Below are positions 26,025 to 32,000 of a stretch of 32,000 nucleotides of DNA, in pieces. A model generated the notes under the pieces. It did not search any database, was not told the DNA's origin, and saw nothing but the letters and a program-made list of their open reading frames with translations. The stretch comes from Sedimentisphaera cyanobacteriorum (GTDB lineage Bacteria; Planctomycetota; Phycisphaerae; Sedimentisphaerales; Sedimentisphaeraceae). A program made the translations under genes and the position numbers. The stretch lies in contig NZ_CP019633.1 of NCBI RefSeq assembly GCF_001997385.1, positions 1,560,001-1,592,000 of the forward strand, written 5' to 3'. Positions within the stretch are counted from its first letter, which is position 1; each line of letters starts with the position of its first letter.

Positions 26025-27163
26025 TGGCTTGTTCAGATACTTTTTTCAGGCCCGACCTCAGGGCCAGCATAGATTCTCGAAGACTAACCGGCAATGTTAA
26101 TCAGCTCCGCGGACTCACGCCGGCGGATAATAAATTCTGCGCCGTAGTAAAAGCAAACGCCTATGGACACGGTATCAGGGAAGTTGCTAACCTGCTGAAA
26201 GATGAGGATGTGGATTTTTTTGCAGTTGCGAGTATTTTTGAGGCTGTTTACATAAAGCCTTTGATTAGTCGTCAAAACATCCTTGTATTCGAGCCGCTTA
26301 ATATCTGCACACCCGCCAAATATATAGATTTCGCTTGCAGAAATGATGTACACTGGGCAATATGCTCACTCGAAGCAGCTAAAAGGGCATCGCAGCTTGC
26401 CGGCGGGAAAAAGCTGAAACTGCATATCAATATAGAAACCGGAATGGGAAGGCTCGGGCTCGAACCAACTCAGGCAGAAGAGCTTATAAACTTCATAGCA
26501 GACTCGCCCAAACTCGAATTGGCAGGGATTTACACGCATTTCGCAACCGCGGACGAAGATGACCTCTCTTTCGCTTATGAACAGCTCGAAAATTTTAAGC
26601 GATTTATTAAAACCAATCAGAACTTCTTAGATGAAAACGTAATCCGGCATGCCGCAAACAGCGCCGCATGCATTAAGATACCAGAATCTCATTTTGATAT
26701 GGTAAGATGCGGGATCAGTATGTACGGTTATTTCTCCAGATCGCAGAGACACGCCCCCGTAAATTTGAGCCCTGTGATGAAGCTTGAGGCGCCGATAGTG
26801 CATATCAAAAAGCTGCCTGCGGGCAGGTCTGTAAGCTACGGGCGGTCTTATTTCACCAAACGTGAAACGGCAACGGCGATAATCCCCTCCGGCTATGCAG
26901 ACGGGTATTCAAGGCTTTATTCGAATAATGCTTTTGTGAGGATAGGCGAAAAGTTTGCTCCTGTTATAGGCAGGGTATGTATGGATCAGATAATGGCCGA
27001 TGTAACAGATATCCCTGAAGCGAAGGTAGGCCAGTTCGCTGTTATAATAGACAACGACCAGAGCTCTCCGGCAGGTGCCTACTGCCTTGCGAATGCCTCA
27101 AACACAATCTGCTATGAGATACTAATCAGCGTACATGAACACGTAAGACGAACAGTAATCTGA
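26024..27163 (+). CDS. alr: Alanine racemase
   Basis: 379 aa. PLP-Lys motif AVVKANAYGHG; ...HIETGMGRLG...THFATAD...VSYG...GRVCMDQ. Its start overlaps the GT2 stop by 1 nt (TAATG). Confidence 0.9.
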   Translation: MACSDTFFRPDLRASIDSRRLTGNVNQLRGLTPADNKFCAVVKANAYGHGIREVANLLKDEDVDFFAVASIFEAVYIKPLISRQNILVFEPLNICTPAKYIDFACRNDVHWAICSLEAAKRASQLAGGKKLKLHINIETGMGRLGLEPTQAEELINFIADSPKLELAGIYTHFATADEDDLSFAYEQLENFKRFIKTNQNFLDENVIRHAANSAACIKIPESHFDMVRCGISMYGYFSRSQRHAPVNLSPVMKLEAPIVHIKKLPAGRSVSYGRSYFTKRETATAIIPSGYADGYSRLYSNNAFVRIGEKFAPVIGRVCMDQIMADVTDIPEAKVGQFAVIIDNDQSSPAGAYCLANASNTICYEILISVHEHVRRTVI

Positions 27164-27263
27164 CTATTTTTTCGTTTTGGGAAAGTTTTTATCAGGGTCT
27201 TCTGGATTTATCGCTGATAATTTGTTAAACTCATACCTTCGAAGCTAAAGCGGAATGTATTGA

Positions 27264-27291
27264 TTGACAGTCAATTTGTTATTACTAAAAT
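27264..27291 (+). promoter_or_regulatory. Putative sigma70-type promoter with palindromic -35 region, upstream of the PilT-like gene
   Basis: TTGACA (27264-27269), N16, TAAAAT (27286-27291). The -35 is embedded in the perfect inverted repeat TTGAC-a-GTCAA. The ORF-track TTG start at 27264 is this hexamer. Confidence 0.5.
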
Positions 27292-27344
27292 TTCGATTCT
27301 GTTCTTATTTTATTCAAATTTTTATCTTTCAGAGGACAATAAAA

Positions 27345-28478
27345 ATGACAAAGGGACAACCAATAGACAGTCATCGGAGCGTAAATCATAATCCGAAAAT
27401 AAACAAGTTTTTTAAAACCGTTATCTCATACAAAGCGAGCGACCTCCATCTTAAAGTAGGCCTTCCGCCTAAGATGCGTATAGACGGTGTTCTCAAGAAG
27501 ATGAAGGCAGACGTAATCACAGAAGAGACAATGGAAGATCTTATCTTCGATCTTCTCACAGAAGAGCAGAAAAAATTCTTCCTCAAGCGCGGCTCAATAG
27601 ACTTTGCCCACGCCCTAACTGAGATTGACAGATTCCGTGTGAACGTATTCCGCCAGAAGGGATACATAGGGCTTGTTGCAAGGCGTATTGATTCGAATAT
27701 CCCGCCTTTTGAAAAGCTGAACCTGCCCCCCATTATTCGAGATATAGCAGAATATCCCACTGGGCTTGTGCTTGTGGTAGGGCCTACCGGCTCAGGCAAG
27801 AGTACTACAATTGCATCAATGATAGACAAAATCAACAGAGAGCGTGCCTGCCATATAGTAACCGTTGAGGATCCTATCGAATATGTCCATCAGGACAGAA
27901 AGGCCAATGTTAATCAGCGTGAGGTGGGCATAGACTGTGTTGACTTTAAGGACGCTCTGCGTAGCCTTATGAGGCAGGATCCGGATGTAGTGCTTGTGGG
28001 TGAAATTCGAGACGTGGAAACGCTGGAAGCAGCTATGCAGGCGGCAGAGACAGGCCATCTTGTATTTGGTACACTTCACGCAGCAAGCGCTTCTCAGACT
28101 ATACAGCGTATTCTAGATATGTTCCCGCAGGAAGAAAGGGAACTTGCAAGGCAGACATTTGCACTTACTATCAGGGGAATCATCGCCCAGATGCTGCTTC
28201 CGAGTATTGACCCGAAAGTTAAGAGGGTTCCGGCGCTTGAGATTATGGTAGCAAATCCATCGGTGAGGAAGCTGCTGAAAGAGGAAAGGGAAGATGACAT
28301 CCCTTCTGTAATACGCTCATCACAAAATGAAGGTATGCAGGACTTGACAGAAAGCCTGAGAATACTTATAGAAAAAGAACTTATAGACCTCGACAACGCC
28401 CTGGTATACGCACCGAACAAAGAAGAGCTGAGGATGGCAATAAAAGGAATCAGAGCTAATTCAAGCGCAATTCTCTAA
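27345..28478 (+). CDS. Divergent PilT/PilU-family hexameric ATPase
   Basis: ATG 27345 is preceded by agagga. ASDLHLKVGLPPKMRIDG; Walker A GPTGSGKST; VEDPIEY; DPDVVLVGEIRD; ETGHLVFGTLHA. The PilT signature AIRNLIRE is replaced by PSVRKLLKE. Confidence 0.85.
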   Translation: MTKGQPIDSHRSVNHNPKINKFFKTVISYKASDLHLKVGLPPKMRIDGVLKKMKADVITEETMEDLIFDLLTEEQKKFFLKRGSIDFAHALTEIDRFRVNVFRQKGYIGLVARRIDSNIPPFEKLNLPPIIRDIAEYPTGLVLVVGPTGSGKSTTIASMIDKINRERACHIVTVEDPIEYVHQDRKANVNQREVGIDCVDFKDALRSLMRQDPDVVLVGEIRDVETLEAAMQAAETGHLVFGTLHAASASQTIQRILDMFPQEERELARQTFALTIRGIIAQMLLPSIDPKVKRVPALEIMVANPSVRKLLKEEREDDIPSVIRSSQNEGMQDLTESLRILIEKELIDLDNALVYAPNKEELRMAIKGIRANSSAIL

Positions 28479-28535
28479 TGTGCAGCAGGGTAGGCTTTGA
28501 AAACTAAATACAAACAGATTAACGGAGCATAATAG

Positions 28536-30167
28536 ATGTATTACTTATCCCTTTTAGCAGATATATCCTTCTCCGGCTATATTGCGATCTACAAATTTAT
28601 ACCATTTGTTTTGCTGTTTTATTTATGGCTTCTGCTTGTCAATTGGGTTCATTTCGACACAAAGGCCGTTCAGACAGACACAATGAAATGGGTTTCGATT
28701 ATTACTGCAGGCGGGCTTATGGCGATGTGCCTATGGCTTTTTGTGCCTGTATTTATAATCGGCTTCTCATCTTATCTGCTCTTAATGATCACCACAATAA
28801 TGGTTTACGTGATCCACAGAAACTCACTTGTTGCTGATTTTGAAAAAGTACTCACGCTAAACCATATCAAAGGGCTTTTGAGCAACGAATCTGCAAAAAT
28901 CGAAAAAGCCGCTCGCGGATTCAGTTTCGTAACTGCAAACGGCAACCCCGTTGAGATACCCGAGCCCAAAACGAAAGAGGCATACGGCTTCAAAACAGCC
29001 TGCTATCTGCTTGATGATGCGATCTGGAAAAGGGCTGAGCTGATCAAGATCACGCCCGGGGAAGAAGAATACAAAGTTAATTACGTAATAGACGGACTGA
29101 AAAACGATGCCGACCCAATAGAAGCTGAAGAAATGCCCTACCTGCTCTACTATCTCAAACAGCTTGCAGATTTGGATGTGGAGGAGAAAAGAAAGCCGCA
29201 GACAGGAAAATTCCAAACGAAAAAAGACGGCGATAAGTCAAGCTGGCATATCACTACTGCCGGTTCAAGACAGGGCGAACACATTACTATAAAGAAGGAT
29301 GTACAGTTCAGCCTGATGTCTTTTGCAGAGCTGGGCTTTGAATCCGACCAGATCGACGAGCTGAAAAAACTCAAGGACGCCCCGAAGGGACTGTTCCTTG
29401 TTGCTGGGACAAAAGGCTCTGGTCTTACCTCCTGCCACTACACGCTGCTGAGAAATCACGATCCGTTCCTCAACAGCATCAACACACTTGAGAAATCACC
29501 CGCAGGCGACGTACAAAGCATTATTCAGAATGTTTACGACCCTAGCGAGGGAATGAGCTATGCAGAGCGGCTTAAGGCTCTGATAAGAAGAGGCCCTGAT
29601 ATTGTGGGCGTGTTCGACTGCAACGACCCTGAAACAGCAAAGGCTGCATGCGAGGCCTCGAAGAAGAAGCTAATTTACGTATCAATAGAATCAAAGACAG
29701 CTCTTAAAGGCCTTGCACATTGGATAAAGATGGTTGGCGACAAAAAAGAGGCTATTGAACCCTTGATAGGACTTGCCTCCAGCCACCTTGTAAGAAGGCT
29801 TTGCGAGGAGTGCAGGGAAGAATACATCCCGAACCCCGGCACACTCAAGAAACTCAGCATAGCTCCTGAGAGGGTTAAATCTCTATGGAGACCTGGAGAT
29901 ATCGAATACACCAGAGGCGGAAAACCAATTCTCTGCGAAAACTGCCAGGGACAGGGCTACAAAGGCCGAGTGGGCGTTTATGAGTCCTTCGTATTAAGCG
30001 AAGAGGTTAGAAAAGAGATGCTTGCGGCTAAGAGTATAAAGGAAATCAGCGCTTCGCTGAAACGAAACGGGATGCAGTTTTTCCAGGAAAGACTCACGCA
30101 GAAAATATCAGATGGAAGCACAAGCATCAACGAAATGATACGAGTATTGAAGGTATTAAACGGTTAA
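28536..30167 (+). CDS. Membrane-anchored GspE/PilB-family protein with degenerate catalytic motifs (predicted pseudo-ATPase)
   Basis: 543 aa with about 3 N-terminal TM helices (residues ~14-95). The N2-like domain (YKVNYVIDG...KRKPQTGKF) and the tetracysteine CEEC...CENCQGQGYKGRVGVYE are retained. Walker A is GTKGSGLTS (Lys lost), the Asp box is TLEKSPAGD, Walker B is IVGVFDCND (Glu lost) and the His box is KKKLIYVSIESKTA. Confidence 0.7.
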   Translation: MYYLSLLADISFSGYIAIYKFIPFVLLFYLWLLLVNWVHFDTKAVQTDTMKWVSIITAGGLMAMCLWLFVPVFIIGFSSYLLLMITTIMVYVIHRNSLVADFEKVLTLNHIKGLLSNESAKIEKAARGFSFVTANGNPVEIPEPKTKEAYGFKTACYLLDDAIWKRAELIKITPGEEEYKVNYVIDGLKNDADPIEAEEMPYLLYYLKQLADLDVEEKRKPQTGKFQTKKDGDKSSWHITTAGSRQGEHITIKKDVQFSLMSFAELGFESDQIDELKKLKDAPKGLFLVAGTKGSGLTSCHYTLLRNHDPFLNSINTLEKSPAGDVQSIIQNVYDPSEGMSYAERLKALIRRGPDIVGVFDCNDPETAKAACEASKKKLIYVSIESKTALKGLAHWIKMVGDKKEAIEPLIGLASSHLVRRLCEECREEYIPNPGTLKKLSIAPERVKSLWRPGDIEYTRGGKPILCENCQGQGYKGRVGVYESFVLSEEVRKEMLAAKSIKEISASLKRNGMQFFQERLTQKISDGSTSINEMIRVLKVLNG

Positions 30168-30189
30168 TCATCCTTACTGAGGTTTTGAA

Positions 30190-31299
30190 ATGATAGTAAT
30201 TGGTCTTTTCGCAGTAATAACACTGGCAATATTAGCCGAGGCGATTGTAAAGCCGAATTTTTATAAGTATGTAATAATGCTGTTCTCGATGGTGAGCGGG
30301 CTTGTATTTGCGTTCTCGTTTTTCGAGCCGCTTTCTAAGATTGTATCAAAGATAAACTGGTTCCCGGCGGCAGCAGAAGGACTGTCATTCGTTCTTATTT
30401 TCGGAATATCCTTCGCAATCCTGAAACTGCTTGGAGATTTCACAATTCGCCCGGAATTGAAACTCCCCGACATTGTAAACAGGTCTTTTTCGGCTTTGTT
30501 CTCTTTGATATTCAGCTTTTTTGTTACGGGAATGATAATTGTTTTTCTCTCGATGATGCCCATGGAATCAAAGTACCCTTACCCCAGATACGCAAACAAG
30601 CCGATAGTTACAAACAGCAACTATGAGATTGCACCGGACAATACTTTCCTGAATCTCGATTCAGCGGTTACCGGATTCTACAATATGCTCTCTGCAGGAA
30701 GCCTTAGCGGAGATAAGAATTTCGGTATAGTTCACGACAACTTCATAGACACCAACTTCCTCGACAGAGCTCTTTATGAGGAAGGAGTTTCCCCAATAGC
30801 CGGCGAGAAAGCTATCGATGTACCGAATACACCTCAGGCAGTTCGCAAGGCGCCCAAGCTTATGAAATACGACGAGGTCAATCAAGTAGTGAAGAAGATT
30901 TCCGGCAAGCAGATGTTTCTGGTGAAGGTAGAGATATCTCAGGATAAAGTGAAAAACGGGGGAATAATAGAAAAAGGCGGCGGATACGAAATAGGCCCTG
31001 CCCAGCTTCGCCTTATCTGCAACAAAAACTACGCTGATATGTTCAAGGGCGACGGGCTTTCTGTTTTCCCTGTGGGCTATGTTACAGATAACAGCAAATT
31101 CAAAAAATTTGACCTAAAATCAAAATTTAATCTTCTTCCGCACAAACCCGATAAAAACAAAAATGCGGTATTAGACGTAGGGTTTTATGTTCCTGAAGGC
31201 TACGTACCTGTAGCATTGGAATTGAGACAGGACGATATTGCCAGGGTTCCAAATGTAAACGCAGAGCCTGAAGAAGAGCAATCAGAACAAAACGGATAA
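30190..31299 (+). CDS. Polytopic membrane protein, CvpA-like N-terminal region + unknown C-terminal domain
   Basis: 369 aa with four hydrophobic helices in the first ~125 aa. Spacing and a PDIVNRSFSALFSLIFSFFVTGMIIV segment resemble CvpA (colicin V production) family topology; the similarity is weak. The ~240-aa C-terminal part has no motif I recognise. Confidence 0.4.
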   Translation: MIVIGLFAVITLAILAEAIVKPNFYKYVIMLFSMVSGLVFAFSFFEPLSKIVSKINWFPAAAEGLSFVLIFGISFAILKLLGDFTIRPELKLPDIVNRSFSALFSLIFSFFVTGMIIVFLSMMPMESKYPYPRYANKPIVTNSNYEIAPDNTFLNLDSAVTGFYNMLSAGSLSGDKNFGIVHDNFIDTNFLDRALYEEGVSPIAGEKAIDVPNTPQAVRKAPKLMKYDEVNQVVKKISGKQMFLVKVEISQDKVKNGGIIEKGGGYEIGPAQLRLICNKNYADMFKGDGLSVFPVGYVTDNSKFKKFDLKSKFNLLPHKPDKNKNAVLDVGFYVPEGYVPVALELRQDDIARVPNVNAEPEEEQSEQNG

Positions 31300-31320
31300 T
31301 TCTGGAAACTTTAATAACTA

Positions 31321-32000
31321 ATGGAAAACGAAAACAAAGCGAAACCTGAAAATGCTGCAGGACAGATTCCCGGTTATAAAATACTTGGCAAACTGGGTTC
31401 TGGAGCAATGGCAGTGGTTTACAAGGCCAAGCAGGTTAGCTTAGACAGAACAGTAGCAATAAAGGTTTTGCCGAATAAATTTGTCGGGAAGAGCAACTAT
31501 GTGGAGCGGTTCTACAAAGAAGGCCGGCTTGCAGGAAGGCTTAACCACAACAATATCGTTCAGGCATATGATGTTGGGGAGGCGAAAGGGTTATACTATT
31601 TCGTGATGGAGTATGTAGAAGGCAAGTCTATATACGACGATCTTTCGAAGGGAAAGATATTTGAAGAGAAAAAAGCCCTCGAGATAATGATCCAGCTGGC
31701 CAAGGCATTAGAGCACGCCCACGCACAGGGCCTGATACACCGAGATATCAAACCAAAAAATATAATGATTACCAAAGAAGGCGTTGTTAAGCTTGCAGAC
31801 CTCGGGCTTGCCCGGACAACGGACGACTCTGAAGCAGCAAGTGCGGAAAAAGGCAAGGCCTTCGGAACCCCTTTCTACATCGCCCCAGAGCAGATCAAGG
31901 GGGAAGTGGATATAGACGGCCGTGCAGATATATACGGCCTCGGGGCAACTCTTTATCATATGGTTACCGGCACAGTTCCGTTCAAGGCTCAAAAGCCGGC
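31321..32000 (+). CDS. Hanks-type Ser/Thr protein kinase (N-terminal kinase domain; runs off window)
   Basis: Not in the ORF track because there is no stop in the window. MENENKAK...; Gly loop GSGAMAVVYKA; VAIKV Lys; catalytic loop HRDIKPKN; DLGLA; GTPFYIAPE. Confidence 0.9.
   Translation, partial: MENENKAKPENAAGQIPGYKILGKLGSGAMAVVYKAKQVSLDRTVAIKVLPNKFVGKSNYVERFYKEGRLAGRLNHNNIVQAYDVGEAKGLYYFVMEYVEGKSIYDDLSKGKIFEEKKALEIMIQLAKALEHAHAQGLIHRDIKPKNIMITKEGVVKLADLGLARTTDDSEAASAEKGKAFGTPFYIAPEQIKGEVDIDGRADIYGLGATLYHMVTGTVPFKAQKP

Noticed and set aside
27264-27344. Upstream TTG starts given by the ORF track at 27264 (also 21740 and 19140)
   Set aside because: The TTG at 27264 and the one at 21740 are the first bases of predicted -35 hexamers (TTGACA, TTGACC). 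TTG 19140 lies between the -35 and -10 of the accB promoter. The added N-terminal residues are non-homologous, and downstream ATGs have good RBSs.
1-32000. CRISPR arrays, tRNA/rRNA genes, IS elements, integrases, toxin-antitoxin or known defence-system genes
   Set aside because: There are no direct-repeat arrays, no cloverleaf-capable intergenic segments, no transposase or integrase-like ORFs, and no terminal inverted repeats. The GC-rich palindromes are single hairpins at gene ends.

Overview
Chromosomal window, about 47% GC by eye, with no rRNA, tRNA, CRISPR or mobile element that I can support. The pseudopilin style (many GspG-like proteins ending GxDGxxGTxDDITNF) suggests a PVC-group bacterium such as Planctomycetota/Phycisphaerae or a relative; that is inference only. 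(1) 1-14.8 kb, minus strand: one long T2SS/T4P-like operon behind a near-consensus sigma70-type promoter. Its order is PilB/GspE-type ATPase, PilT-type ATPase, second PilB/GspE-type ATPase, GspF platform, four tandem GspG-like pseudopilins (three unusually long), H/I/J-like minor pseudopilins, and a giant GspK-like protein of at least 768 aa. The GspK-like gene runs off the window and is missing from the ORF track. No secretin, GspC/L/M or prepilin peptidase is present in the window. (2) 14.8-19.1 kb, minus strand: cinA, an HU/IHF-like gene, a small ORFan, accC (split by a frameshift in a homopolymer) and accB. (3) 19.3-27.2 kb, plus strand: hldD, a small membrane protein, an orphan beta-class DNA methyltransferase, and a translationally coupled aminotransferase / GT-C membrane glycosyltransferase-like / GT2 polyprenyl-phosphate glycosyltransferase / alanine racemase operon. 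(4) 27.3-32 kb, plus strand, the most unusual part: a divergent PilT-like ATPase, a membrane-anchored GspE/PilB homologue with all catalytic boxes degenerate, a CvpA-like polytopic membrane protein with an unrecognisable C-terminal domain, and a Hanks Ser/Thr kinase (partial). Three ORFs (accC, the methyltransferase, the small membrane protein) are restored or gain a plausible ATG by adding one base to a homopolymer. This suggests systematic indel errors in the assembly.
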